Positions 25,117 to 37,999 are shown, counted from the whole stretch's first letter. The stretch is DNA of 63,981 nucleotides, filler included, from 10 parts of 10 records of this genome joined end to end with filler, not necessarily neighbours in it, one strand, 5' to 3'. Made by a program: numbers and translations. The notes: generated by a model not told the origin, from the letters alone.

Positions 25117-25525
25117 CTAGTCAAGCTCCTGGATGACTTCGTCTTTCGGTGCACTAGTTGCCGGATACCCATGTGTGGTCAAGAAGCTACTCAATACAGC
25201 GTGCAAATTCAGAGGCAGCGTTTTGCCCTTGAGAAAGGTTGAAATATATGATGGCCAGGTGTTGTTCAACTGGCTGGCCACGTAAATCTGGGTCCAGCCC
25301 TTGGCCTTCATCAGCGTTCGCAGCTGCTCTCTCATCCCGTCCATAAGCGCCAGTTGCTCAGGGTCCAGCACCTGGCCATATTCAAATCAACTGCTATCAC
25401 CAGGGTTGATGCACCTTCTTGCCACCACCCGGTCCCTTAGCTGTCAGCCCCTCTACCAGCTTGCCACCACCTGGTTGCTCCTTGAGCCATTCCATCATCT
25501 TGGAGTCAACGTCCGGGCGCATCGG
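25117..25525 (-). CDS. 3' fragment of a protein with a lambda-repressor-like (Cro/C1) HTH
   Basis: LRTLMKAKGWTQIYVASQL..WPSYISTFLKGK; scaffold edge. Confidence 0.55.
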
Positions 25526-25625
25526 NNNNNNNNNNNNNNNNNNNNNNNNNNNNNNNNNNNNNNNNNNNNTTAATTAATTAANNNNNNNNNNNNNNNNNNN
25601 NNNNNNNNNNNNNNNNNNNNNNNNN

Positions 25626-27014
25626 GCGAACGGCCTGGCCTGACCGGTTGTCCAGCGACTCAACCGTCTGATGCTCGCAGCCTGGGCCGAGGCCAACTCG
25701 ATAGCCACCCAGGCGATCGGGCACATACGAACGGTCAAGGCCTTCTGCACAGAGCCGATCGAGATAGGGCTTTACAGCGAGGCCGGCGAGCAGGCGCTCA
25801 CCGCTGGAGTGCGGGACGCGTGGGGCAACGGACTGATGACGGCGCTGACGGGCTACCTGGACCTCGGGACAGGGGTGCTGATTCTGTGGTACGGCGGTTG
25901 GCTGGTGGGACCGTGTTTCGGGCCGGGCTGATGGGTTACGTAGGTGCTGAACCCGGGGAGCAATCAGTCTGGGCTGACGGTCGGCCGGCTGGTCACGTTC
26001 CAGCTCTACCTGAACATGATGAACTCGGCCTACCAGAGCCTGCAGAACATGATCACAAGCTTCACCCGGGCTGCAGCCGGCGCCGAGAAGGTGTTCGCGC
26101 TGTGGGATTCTGTCCCGGCCATAAGCGACGACACCGACAAGCAGCCGATCGACTGGGCCGTCCAGGGCGAGCTCACGATAGAGCAGGCCGACTTCTACTA
26201 CCAGATGCGCCCGGACAACAAAGTGCTCCGAGGGCTCTCACTGCACATACCGGCCGGGTCGGTGTGCGCGCTGGTTGGCCGGTCGGGAGGGGGCAAGTCC
26301 ACCATCATCAACCTGCTGCTCCGGTTCTATGACCTCAAGGGCGGGTCGATCCAGCTGGATGGCCGGCCGTACCAGAGCCTGCGCGTGTCGGAGCTCCGTC
26401 AACTGATCGGGCTGGTGGCTCAGGACACCGAGTTGTTTGCACGCACTATCGAGGAGAATATTGCCTACGGCGTGCCCAAGGGCGAATACTCGCAGGAGCA
26501 AGTGCGCTGGGCGGCCGAGCAGGCGCAGGCGCACGAGTTCATCATGCAGATGAAGGACGGATACCAGACCAGGGTGGGCGAGCGTGGCAGCCGGGTCTCG
26601 GGCGGGCAGCGGCAGCGGATCGCGATCGCGAGGATCTTTCTGCGTCGCCCGAAGATTGTGCTGCTGGATGAAGCCACTAGTGCGCTCGACGAGGAGTCTC
26701 AGGCGGAGGTGCAGGCGGCGCTCGACGCTCTGATCACGGCGGGTGGTTGCACGGTGGTGGTTGTGGCGCACAGGCTGAGCACGGTGCGTCGGGCAGATAA
26801 GATTGCTGTGGTGGATAAGGGCATGGTGGCCGAGGAGGGCAGCCACGACCAGCTAGTGCAGATGGGCGGACTGTACGCCTCGCTGGTCGAGAAGAATGAG
26901 CAGAGCGCCACCCTGGAGCAGACGCGAAAGCCGGGCCGCAAGCCGGCTGCCGCGGCCACCATCGATGCGCTCCTCGACCAAATAGAGCTCGACAAGGGCG
27001 ACGAGGACGAATGA
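25626..27014 (+). CDS. ABCB (TAP/ABCB10-like) transporter, C-terminal part
   Basis: HIRTVKAF, GRSGGGKST, VSGGQRQRIAIAR, LLDEATSALD, AHRLSTV. Confidence 0.93.
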
Positions 27015-27436
27015 AGTCAATAAACAATGAACAATAGCATATCATATTAAATGAGAGCAATACGTACGGCTCAACAACATTACGTACGGCTCAACAGGTC
27101 GGGGGCGTCCTTATCGGCGGCTAGTCGGCGGCCATCGTGACGCCCAGTCCGAGCAGGGCGATCCCCAGGCCGTATACGGCCATCTTGATGCATGTGTTCA
27201 TCATCGTCATCCTCTCGTGTCTTGCTCTTCCGCGGCCATTGCTTCCCGCGCCAGGCCCGGCCAACAGACTTCTGATGCCGTTTGTTTGGATTTCTTCTGG
27301 AAATGCCTCGCCGGTGAGGCTCATCACAGACGATCTCCGCCTGCCCGTCGCCGGTGCTGCTGGTCGAGGACAGAGACGACCGTCTGACCGAGCGAGGACA
27401 GAGACGACCGGCTGGCCGGGCACCGCGAGGGCAGCG

Positions 27437-29367
27437 ATGACAACCCAGCTCAAAGACTATTTGTTAGCGTGCTTGGCGGTACTGGTGGCGGCAGTGCCGC
27501 CCGGGAGCTCAAGCGAGCACAGCGCATTGGTAGCGCTGTACGAGGCCACGGCTGGCGGATCTTGGGCCCACAACGATGGCTGGCTCGAGGGCAGCTATTG
27601 CGACTGGCTTGGCGTCAACTGCACAGGGACGGGCAGCGGGGTGGCCACGCTGGCGCTGGACGAGAACGGGTTGCGCGGGACGGTCCCGGGCGCGCTGGCC
27701 GACCTTACGCAGCTCACCGATCTCAAGCTGATGTTTAATAGTCTTAGTGGCACGGTGCCAGCCGAGCTGGCCCTCCTTACTCGGCTGGCTGAACTCGCCC
27801 TCAGTGTGAACGACTTCAGCGGGACCATTCCAGCCAAACTGGCCAGCCTCACCCAGCTCTCGAAGCTCCGCCTATACCAGAACAGCTTGAGCGGGACGAT
27901 TCCGGCCGAGCTGGCTAGCCTCACCCAGCTCTCAGTGCTCGGCCTCGGTCTCGGTAGTCTGAGCGGCACAGTGCCTGCCAAACTGGCCAGCCTCACCCAG
28001 ATCACCAAGCTCTGGTTGAATAAAAACAAACTGAGCGGGACCGTCCCTGCTGAGCTGGCCGACCTCACTCACCTCACATTGCTGTTCCTGAAGGACAATC
28101 GGCTGAGCGGCACAGTGCCTGTGGAGCTTGCCAGGCTCAGTGCGATGCAGGACATGGACCTCGGCATCAACAGGCTGAGCGGCACACTGCCCACAGGCCT
28201 GGCCAGTTTCAAGCACCTGGCAGGACTCGGACTCCAAGCCAACATGTTCTCTGGCCATCTGCCGCTCGAGCTGCCACGGTCGCTCACGCTGATAATCCTC
28301 CACGCAAACCGCCTGTCGGGCACTCTGCCGTCGTTTGCCAGTCATAGTAGCCTCAGGGCACTCACCCTCTTTGGCAATGACCTCGGCGGTCGACTGCGGC
28401 TACCTAAGAATCACGCACCGTATCTCCAGATACTGGCCGTACACCGCAATAGGCTGTCCTGTCCGGTAGAATACAACGCAAGCTCATACAACATGAGTGT
28501 TCAGTTGAGTGTTCAGAACAACTATGAGACTGGGGCGCTGATCGCCCCAGGCAACCGGCTCAGCGCTGCAGCTAAGCCCCCTTGGGCGCTGATGAGCGAA
28601 GTTGGTTTCCAATGGGCACCTGAGGCTTTCTGGCAACAGTGGCAAACCGAGATCTGCGTTGCCATCGCGGGCGTGCTAGGAGGCGTGGCAGTGATATTTG
28701 TGGTGCTCAAGGCTAATTGGGGGAGCTTTTTCCGATTCCGACCCCATGGACTGTTTGAGCGGTACAGCTACCAGTGCGTGCGTGGGCTGCTCGCTCTAGG
28801 CCTCGCGGGTCTGGCCTTGATGCCGGTATATGCCTCGGGCGCAGGAGAGTTCGAGTGTGGCCAGCAGTGGCTTGGAGCCACTCTAGCCTACTTAAGTGGC
28901 AGCCCCACATCTGAGCAGGCGGCTGCAGTGATAATCTGTGTGATGCTGGGCTTACAAGCATTTGTCGCAGTCGCCATGCGCTTCTGGTCGCCTCTAGATC
29001 TGGAACTGCAAGACACGTGTTCGCATAATTCGTTGTCATGGCAGCGTTGGCTCGCTGTGCTGCTAATCTGGCCGTTGGGCACGATGGTGCTGTCGCTACC
29101 GGCCTTCTTCGCGGTTCTGGCCGACTCTGTGCCTGGTGATCAGAACACGCTCATGCTGTCGCAGACCACACTTGACGGTTTCAGGTACGCTTCCGCCCCT
29201 CTCCTGACACTCATCGAGTCCGTGGTGGTGCCTGCTTCGGCCCGGGCACTGGTGGGCAAAGGTGCCCCGCGCAAAGTAGTCGGGCTGATCGCACTCGCCC
29301 AGTTTATGATCCTACTGGTGGTGCCCTTTGTCACTGCCCTGGCTTTCGGGTCGGACTGCTATGGGCT
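27437..29367 (+). CDS. Secreted LRR ectodomain plus multi-pass membrane region (receptor-like), intronless, 3' partial
   Basis: Signal peptide, LRRNT (LVALY..W..C.W.GV.C), about ten 24-aa LxxLxxLxLxxNxLSGT.P repeats, then six or more hydrophobic helices. Confidence 0.85.
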
Positions 29368-29472
29368 NNNNNNNNNNNNNNNNNNNNNNNNNNNNNNNNN
29401 NNNNNNNNNNNTTAATTAATTAANNNNNNNNNNNNNNNNNNNNNNNNNNNNNNNNNNNNNNNNNNNNGCGCC

Positions 29473-29553
29473 GACCCGGGTTACCTGCCAATCAGCCTCA
29501 GCGGACCCGGGTTACCTGCATATGCGAAGCCGCTGAAGACCCGGGTTATCTGC
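29473..29553 (+). repeat. Three copies of GACCCGGGTTAYCTGC
   Basis: Copies at 29473-29488, 29504-29519, 29538-29553. Confidence 0.8.
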
Positions 29554-29663
29554 GGCTCTACTAAGTACTCTAATACGTATATAATACTGGGATATCCAGC
29601 CCGCTTCCACCCGTACGGGTACTCATACCGGTACAAGCGGCCAGAGCCCGGGCAAGCATCGTC

Positions 29664-32600
29664 ATGAGCACGGGCGCGGTACCAAAGCAGGAAGGGCCTC
29701 GGCCCAGGTCGCACTCTGAGGCAGCCAACCTCGCGATCGCGATGAAGCTGGACGCCGACGGGCTTGTGGAGGAGTCAGAATGGGCCCAGGGCCAGAAGGA
29801 GGTGTTCTCGTGGGACGGCCTGCTGACGGCCGGCCGGAGCACCTGCAAGGCCGCCAGTCTGGTGTGGGGCGACGACCCGAGTGATAATCTCGTGCTGGAC
29901 GCCCGCCGCCTGGCACACGTGCTGATGAATAAGGAAGTCCCCACAGATGAGATATACTGCCACCTGGCCAAGGTGTACGTCTGTGACCACTGTCACAGTG
30001 CCGACCGATGGGGGGCAAGGTGAACAGCGGCGACATCATCGACAGGGTCATGTCTATACTCGGAGAAATCATTGAGGTGCCGATCGAGGTGTCCGCCTCC
30101 ATTGACCGGTCGGTTCCAGGAGACCGTGACGCCTGACGTGTTTGGAGCTCTGCCGCTCCATTACGCTGCCAAGGCTGGTATGGTCGAGCTGGTGGATTTG
30201 ATGCTCGACCGGTACCCGAATGCGGCGCGAGAGACCGACAACGAGGGGTGGACCCAACCCAGCGGCCCACTATCGGTAACGGGCACCAGGTGGCTTCCGC
30301 TCCACTACGCATGCAGCTCACCCGAGGTGGCCACTGTTGGCAAACTGCTTGATGCCTACCCTGCCGGTGTGGCGGCTGAGACGGCCAACGGTTAGGCCAC
30401 CTGTTGTGGAGCTCACCGTCCGGTGCAGGTGAGCTGCCGTTGCATCTTGCGTGTGACGCAGCACACCGTCGGACGATTGCCGGTGGGACCGGGGCTCACG
30501 CAGTGTGCAAGGTGCTGCTCGAAACACACCCAGCCGGTGCACACCACAGGTATCCCCAATCCAACCGCACCCAACGGCATCCCCAGGTCGGCTACTGGAC
30601 AGCGGCCGATGCTCTTTGTGTTTGGCCACGAGACCGTGCCTGATGAGGATCAGCCACAGGAGGACAACATGGTAACTCGTTTATCATCAGTTAAATTCAT
30701 CGAGCGTTAAGTTGGAGACTGAGGCTGTCGATAGGTGCAAGTGCGGGCGCTGTTCCAGCGGCAGGAGACTAAGCCCAAGGAGTGCGGGTATGCTTGCAAC
30801 GGTGGTGTGTGGGGATGAAGTGCGCGTGACAGCTACTGGGAGCGCTGGGCCTGTGTGGAGGGCATCAACCAGATGCTTGCCATGTTCGCTAACGACCGTG
30901 ACTGCGTGCACAAGGTGCCTGTGGCCGAGTCTTGGGTCCACCTGCGCTAGGTACCATTACATTACGCCTGTAAGGAGCATGAGGGCGTGCTCGCGCTTGC
31001 TGTTGTCAAAGCGCTGCTGCGGCACAACCCAGAGGCTGTTCGTGAGGTAACCACCAATTTGAATTTATCCAAGTACTTTTAGGTGGACGAGCTGGGCAAT
31101 TTGCCGTTACACTACGTCTGCCTCTGGCGCGAGCCCTGCCAGGCCAAGGCAGTCAGCAAGCTGCTCGACCTTTATCCTCAGGGTAGATGTGCATACTTAG
31201 CACTCGTTAACCACTGAAATGGTAGGCGCCTCTGTGGCTAACCGACTCGGGCTGCTGCCACTCCACCTGATGTGCCGCAATGGCGGAGCAACAGCGGCCA
31301 CAGCGGCTCTCACGCTGCTGGAGGCTCATCCGGCCGGGCTGACCGCTGCAGATCGTCAGGTTGACTGATCACTGCTGGATTGGGATGGTGACACTGAGAA
31401 TGCAGGGAATGCACCCGCTGCACCACGCGTGCAACAATCTGGGCAAAGGCGGCGCGGTGGCGTTAGTACACCTGTTAACTGAGAAACTCGAGACAGCACA
31501 AATTGAAACATCGGACCGCGAGGTGCCATTTGGAGCGTAATTTGGTTGATTAATTGCAGGGTCGTACTGCGCTGCATCATGCAGTGGCAAATGAGGGGGT
31601 GCGGTGTGGAAAGATCGTTTCGATTCTGCTGCACAAGTCCTCCCGAGTGCTCCTAGTCAAAGATCGCAACTACAGGCTGCCGCTGCATGTGGCTTGCAGG
31701 CAGACTCTGCTATTATTTGCTTAATGCTCGTTTAATCACAGGAACCAGTCGACGTCTGCACCAGACATTGCCAGCATCTTGCTTCAGATCCACCCTGGCG
31801 CTATCAGCCAAGCAGACAGGCAACTAGCCTGCGGCATGCTCGATCAGCTGGTTTGATTGCAGGGACGGTGCCTTGCCAATCCATCACGCAGCTCTCAACC
31901 AGGGCCCAGCAGCACTCCAGCTACTTGAGGTCAATCAATCCACTCAACTCAATAAATCAACTGAGCGCTCAACGGCAGGTGCTGCTCGAGCCTTGGGGCA
32001 ATCACACGCCCGAGCTTGCCGGGTGCAAGCATGCGGATCGCGGCGGGATGCTGCCACTGCACCACGCGTGCCGGAACGAGTCGGAGCTTGGTGACAACTT
32101 GGTTGAGCAACTTCTGCAGCTGCACCCGGAGGCTGTCGCGGCGCCTGACAGAGATGGGATGCTGCCACTGCATCATGTGTGCAGGAACCAGTGCGAGGGA
32201 AGGTTCCAAGCTGACGTCGCTCTTGATACCTTCAACCTGCTGGTCACCAAGTTCAGAGGCGCTGCATTCCATGAGGACAGGCAGGGTCGGCTCCCGTTGC
32301 ATCACGCGTGTATGAACCAAGGGCCTGTAGCATGCTACCTTGTACACACTCTGGCGGAGATTGATTCTGACAGTGCCAACAAGCAAGACCAGTTTGGTAA
32401 GCTTGCACTCGACTATGCAGGGGAGAACAAGGGCTTGGCTGCATCTAGGCCGCTTTGGACTGCGCTTGGGGTGACGCAACTGATCAAGTTCCGAGAGTAT
32501 ATCGAGGGTGATGAAGCTGGCGAGTTCCTTGGCAATGACCGGGATACATACAAAGATGAGACAGGAAAAGTCATTGCCAACGCTGGGCAGGACCGGTACG

Positions 32601-32695
32601 GGAATAGCATAAAGAGCAATCTGCGGTCAGTCGGTCACACAGACATGTACGGCAACGAATATTTTACTGCGTATAGCAACAAGATCTCGGTTTGA
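29664..32695 (+). CDS. Ankyrin-repeat protein, many introns
   Basis: More than ten D..G.LPLH.AC repeats; GC-AG introns at 31700-31741 and 31820-31862. Confidence 0.85.
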
Positions 32696-33016
32696 ATATG
32701 CAACGCATACAGTACTGCGCATACAGTACATTTGAGCTCCGAGCAAGATCTGGCGTCAAAAACATCGGATTCTGTTGAATTTTTATCCAAATCTTGGGAG
32801 CGAGTAAACGACACTCGACCTCCAGGGCTATATGTAAAAATAATGTAAAAATATGCCGGAGTCTGAACATGTAATTTCTTGCGCTGCAATGGAATAGTCT
32901 CTACTCGGCGCTCTCCNNNNNNNNNNNNNNNNNNNNNNNNNNNNNNNNNNNNNNNNNNNNTTAATTAATTAANNNNNNNNNNNNNNNNNNNNNNNNNNNN
33001 NNNNNNNNNNNNNNNN

Positions 33017-36000
33017 CGAATAGTTTTCTTCCACTGCTTGCTCTTTGAGCCAGCTCGGCGCTCGAATTCAGAAGCAGCTACTGTGGTGGAGACATCGTTC
33101 TCGATGAATTGAACTGTGCTGTTGGCGAGGTCCAGTGTCCCAGTCAGTTCTTGGCACTTCACTTCTAGCTTAGTTGCTTTGTCAGTGTCCTCTGTCGCTG
33201 CAGATGCTTCTGCAGATGGCTTATGTGTGGCACTGAGGAATGGAAGATCCACGTCCTGTTGCATTGAATCGAATCTTGAGAGCCCGTGACGGTGGGCTCC
33301 ACGGAGCAATGCTTCATCGAATTCTGCGCTTGACCATTCCAAGCAGGGAATCGAAGATTCATCAGAGAAGTCCTTCAAGAGCTCGCTCAAAGGGGTCTGT
33401 TCAGACTGACTCATCAACTGTGCCAATTTATCGGCCTTCTGGATCGTGAGCTCCCACCGTGCACCCTTCCTTGCGACCTTTCCAACGAACTCGGGCGACT
33501 TGAGGTAATCAACCACCTCTGATGGCAGATCACGAGATGCAGGACACCAGCCCGCATCAATCGCATCCTCCTCGTCTTCGAACTTCATTCCATTGGGTGC
33601 AAAGTACATCATGATGTTCAGCCCATCGTCGTGCTTGATTTCCCAATTACTCTGGGCTCCACGGTCGCGGATATTAGCTAGCAGCACCTGCCCCACCGCC
33701 TCCACTTCTTCCACAGAGTGCTTTGAGTTCTGTTTAATGGCCATCTTGTGCACGGCGCCCCAGCGTGTGGGGCCGAGCTCGAGCATCGCATCAACCATTC
33801 GTTTGAGTTCAGCGCCATTCCATTTGGTCGACTGAGGCGCGAAATCGTCGCTTAGGTCAGAGTCGTCAGAGTCATCGTCGCCACCAAGCTCGTCTTGCTC
33901 GTAGGTCTTGACGCCAGCCCCATTGGAGACTACGTTCATACGAGAAGCCTGCTTTCGTATCCTTGGACCATCGACCAGGCCTTCAACGCGGTTGAGAGCT
34001 TCATCTGGCATCACCTTCTGCCAGAACGATGGATCTTCCATGTCGACCTCAGTGCCATCCCGAGCCTTGGCACAGAACTTGGCTTTGCTGAACGAGCTAT
34101 TCCCGCCATTGCCCCCAAGGTCACGCCGTTCGGCTCGCTTCAGGAGAATGTCGTCAATGTCCTCATTCGCATCGAGATCCTCGCCACCGTTGTCGTTCAT
34201 GATGTCGTAGGCCCCGAACTTGAGCAGATCTTCCATCTCCTGCTTGTCTGGTTCTGATTGGCTGACATCGTTGCAGAGCAGAGCCTGGTCCAGGCCAAGC
34301 TTCTTGCAGGAGAGCTCAAACATCTTCTGCTCGTATGTTCCAGTCGTGACTAGCCGGTAGACCTGAACGCCCTTCTGCTGCCCTATCCGATGGCATCGTG
34401 CCTGTGCCTGTAGGTCGTTCTGTGGGTTCCAATCTGAATCAAAAATGACCACAGTATCTGCTGCAGTCAGATTGATCCCCACTCCACCGGCTTTAGTCCC
34501 TAGAAGGAACACAAAGCGATCTGACTCGGGATCTTGAAATCGATCGATCGACTGCTGCCTCTGCAATCCGGTCACATTGCCGTCAATCCGTTCGTAAGCA
34601 TACTCTCGGTAGATTAGCACATCCTCCAGCAAGTCGAGCACACGAGTCCATTGGGAGAAAACAAGCAACCTGTGCCCATCCGCCTTCAGCTTGGGCAGAA
34701 GCTTGTCGAAGAACACGAACTTGCCACTACTGCGGATCAAACGGTCCTCTGCAGCGGTGATCTGGCTGTCTTGGGCCTCCTGCTCTTCTACATTCTTGAG
34801 TAGGTAAGGGTGGATACAAAGCTTGCGGAGCTCCATTGTCACATTGCGAAGTGACGGCATGTCACTCTTCTTGCCAGATTTACACAACACTGCTGTGTTC
34901 CTATCCAGCACTGCCCTGTAGTATTTCTTTTGAACAGCACACAGTTCCACCCAAATGATTGTTTCCTCTTTGGCGGCAATCGTCTTGTCTACATCCTCTT
35001 TCAGGCGCCTAAGCAAGTACGGCGCAAGCAGTTCCTGCAGTTGTACACAGTCCTCAGCATTGGTGACTGTATACTCCTCGAGGAATCCTCTGGATTCCCT
35101 CTCGAACGTATGCTCATCGATAAAGTGCAGCACGCTGTGCAGCTCGTCGAGATTGTTCTGTATCGGGGTGCCAGTCAGCAAGTGGCAGTGTCGCCACTTC
35201 AGCCGCCGCTCAGTGAGCAGCGACTTGTACAGCAGCGCGTTCTTATTCTTCAGCCGGTGCGCCTCATCCACCACGAGATACTCCCACTGAATCTTGGAGA
35301 GCACAGCCAGGTCCATGTTGACCATCTCGTAGGTTGTGATCATCACATCAAACCGGAGCTGATCTTTGCTCCCAAACTCGTGCTCTCGGATTACCTCCCG
35401 AGACTGGCCACTCCCGTGGTACACGATAGCGTCCAAACCAGTCCAGTTCTTCACCTCGCGCTGCCAGTGCGACGTTGTCGACAGCGGCACTACCACAAGG
35501 AACGGGCCCTTCACGCCCTGGTGCTCCCGCAGCTGCTGGAAAACACATACAGTCTGCGCAGTCTTGCCCAGGCCCATTTCATCAGCCAGAATGCAGTTCC
35601 GGCCTATCCGCCAGTTTTGGACCATCCAGTTCAGCCCTTCCACTTGGTACGGCCTCAGCGTTCGGCCTCCTTTGAACTCAGGCGACTCGTCCAGCTTCTG
35701 CCACGGTGCCTTCTTCCTGTCCACAGCGGCTCCTGCCTTGCGCAACGGGCATTCCTTCCTAACTCTCCACTCTGCTACCAGCTCTGGGCTCACGTCGGCC
35801 TGCAGCTCCCAGGTGCACTCTTCGTACTGCAGGCTGGCCCACTTGATCAGGAATTCCGGCCCTTCCCTCTCAGCCACAATCCTCTCGACTGCACACAAAC
35901 CAGGCTCATCATCCGAGCATGTAGAGGGTGACTACCGGTGCTGTACTCTGGCGGATAGTAAGGTGGGCCTGTGCTCGGGGTGTACTTGCTTTTGAACCTG

Positions 36001-37474
36001 CCCAGCCGGCTCAGCTAAGCACGAGGCCGATGACTTACGTTTTGAGCCTGTTGGGCGCAACGTGTGCAGCGAGTGACGCCTCGGACTGCCAGCTCGCGTG
36101 CAGATGCGAGCGAAGCTTCCACTTGACCAGAAACTCCACCCCGGGCTGGTCGACGCGGTAGGCCAGCAGCTTGTCTACCTGCTCCTCCAGTGGCTCCTCG
36201 CCAAAGTCGGCCTCGGCCAACTCATCCGCGTCCTCGTCCAGCGCCTCCCACGACGCAATCAGCGTCTGCCGCGCCGCCTCCAGCTGGTCGATCTCCTCTT
36301 GCTCGGCAGCCTGCTCCATCGCGGTCGGGATCACAGCCTCCAGCGCCGCCTCCAGCTCCTCCACCGAGTAGCCTTCAATCAGTCCCGTCTCCGACTTACT
36401 CGCAATCGCCGGAAGCAGTTCGGCAGCGAGTGTGTCGATCCTGGTCTGGAGCTTGATCGCAGCCTTGACGTCCGCGGCCCGGAGCTGATGCTCGCTTCCG
36501 TCGTCTAGCCAGACGTGCCAAAGCTTGGCCCGTCTACTCCACTTGGTTACAGTGCCACTCGACGCGGCCCAGCCGGTGGCGGCCTCGGGGTCCTCAGACC
36601 GCCAGGCAACCCTCTGGCCGATCCACTGGTGTCCATCGGTCTCCCACTCCGGTGCAGGCTCCTCCTCGCTGCTGTATTCCTCCTCGCCGTCAGTGACAGC
36701 TGCCCTCGCTGTCAATTCCGCGTCGCAGCAGGCCGGCAGCGCACCTTCAGTGTAGTCGACAAACTGTTTGTTCCTCTGCGGCGCCTTGCGCAGCCGGCTT
36801 CCCTCCTGCCTGCGGGGGGCAGCAGCTCGCGAGGCCCGCGTGCTGCGTGCAGGCTTTGGCTCGACCGCTTGGCCGGGCCAGCTGACACACGTGTATTGCT
36901 TCCTACAGCCGATCGACAGCGCGGGCTGGCACTTGGAACACAGGTCGATGCTCGTGTCGCCGTCCTGGCGGGTGTAGCGCGGCCCAACAATCGGCTCGGC
37001 CCCGCACTCATCGCAGGCGTACCCCAGGTGCTCGACGCACTTGAGCGCGTCCCGCTCGTGGACGAAGAGCTGGGTGCCCTGGAGCAGCCGGGAGGTCTGG
37101 GTGAGCCCCTCGAGGAACGGGGCGTTGATCTTGACCAGCAGCTTCGGGTCGAGCGACAGCCGGGCTGCGATTGCGCGCGGAGTCTCGTCCTCGGCCGCCA
37201 CGATTTGCTCGAGCTCCTCCTCTTCCTCGTCGCTCGACCATTCGTCGTCGTCCTCCTCGGACTCCTCCTCGGACTCCTCCTCCTCCTCGGACTCCTCTCG
37301 CGGGGCGGGCCTCCTCGGCCGCCGCCGCGGTGGGCTCTCCTCGGAGCTGTCGCCCTCATCGCAGGCCGAGCTCTCCTCAGCGTCCGAATCGGCGGCGGCT
37401 GGCGGCTGCGGTGGCTGGCGCGGGCGCAGGCTGCGCGCTGCGGGCATCTCGTCCTCGGAGCTCAGATCGGACAT
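33017..37474 (-). CDS. CHD-family SNF2 chromatin remodeller with extra LysM-like, ZZ and Tudor-like N-terminal domains; 3' partial
   Basis: Two chromodomains (EFLVKWK..SHLHASW; EFLIKWASLQYEECTWE), ILADEMGLGKT, DEAH, LTGTPIQNN, DSDWNPQNDLQAQARCHRIGQ. Confidence 0.93.
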
Positions 37475-37606
37475 CAGCCTGACGATGTGTGCGCCTGGTC
37501 GAGCTGGTCTGCTGCTGCGAGCTCTGGTTTGAAATCCCCGCTCTTTTCAAGCGGCAACGGACACAGAGCAGCTGCCGTCCTGCGCCACTGCTTGGGTCGA
37601 GCAGGA
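37475..37606. promoter_or_regulatory. 132-bp bidirectional promoter with CAACGG (37555-37560)
   Basis: Divergent ATGs at 37474(-) and 37607(+). Confidence 0.6.
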
Positions 37607-37999
37607 ATGTGGCGAGCGCTGGTGCCGGCTTCGGCGCGGGTAGCTCGGGGGGCTCCTGCTGCCGCGCCACTGCTGCCGGCCCCGATGTGCTGCCCGGCGG
37701 GGCTGCAAGGTGCCGGCCGCCCGGCCGCGCGGCCAGCAACGGGGGGGGTTGGCAGCCCGGCACGGCAAGGGAGACATTCGGACCAAGAAGGGCAAGATCA
37801 AGCGGGGCACCAACGGCTTGGTGCGACCCGCCCTCTGTCCGGGCAGTCAGCAGGCTCGGGGCAGGCCCGGCCGACCCAGCGTAAGCTGCGGCGGATGAAG
37901 GCGATGGCGGCCGAGCTGAACATTTCGATGGAGGAACTCCAGGTGGTGCTGATCAAGAAGCGGCTGGTCGAGCTGAGCGACAAGGTGCACGAGACCTGA
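37607..37999 (+). CDS. Organellar (probably mitochondrial) ribosomal protein bTHX/Thx, two introns
   Basis: Spliced: MWRALVPASARVAR...LQARH-GKGDIRTKKGKIKRGTNGLARP; Thx signature GKGD.RT..GKI..GT.G..RP; Arg-rich, acid-free presequence. Confidence 0.8.
   Translation: MWRALVPASARVARGAPAAAPLLPAPMCCPAGLQGAGRPAARPATGGVGSPARQGRHSDQEGQDQAGHQRLGATRPLSGQSAGSGQARPTQRKLRRMKAMAAELNISMEELQVVLIKKRLVELSDKVHET

Noticed and set aside
29473-29553. CRISPR-like array
   Set aside because: Repeats of 16 nt and spacers of 15-18 nt are too short, there are only three copies, no cas genes, and the context is eukaryotic
34930-37999. Long antisense ORFs (e.g. 34930-35931+, 36515-37999+, 55374-56822-, 51707-52771-)
   Set aside because: Shadow frames of GC-rich coding sequence with no recognisable motifs, apart from the bTHX exons at the end of 36515-37999
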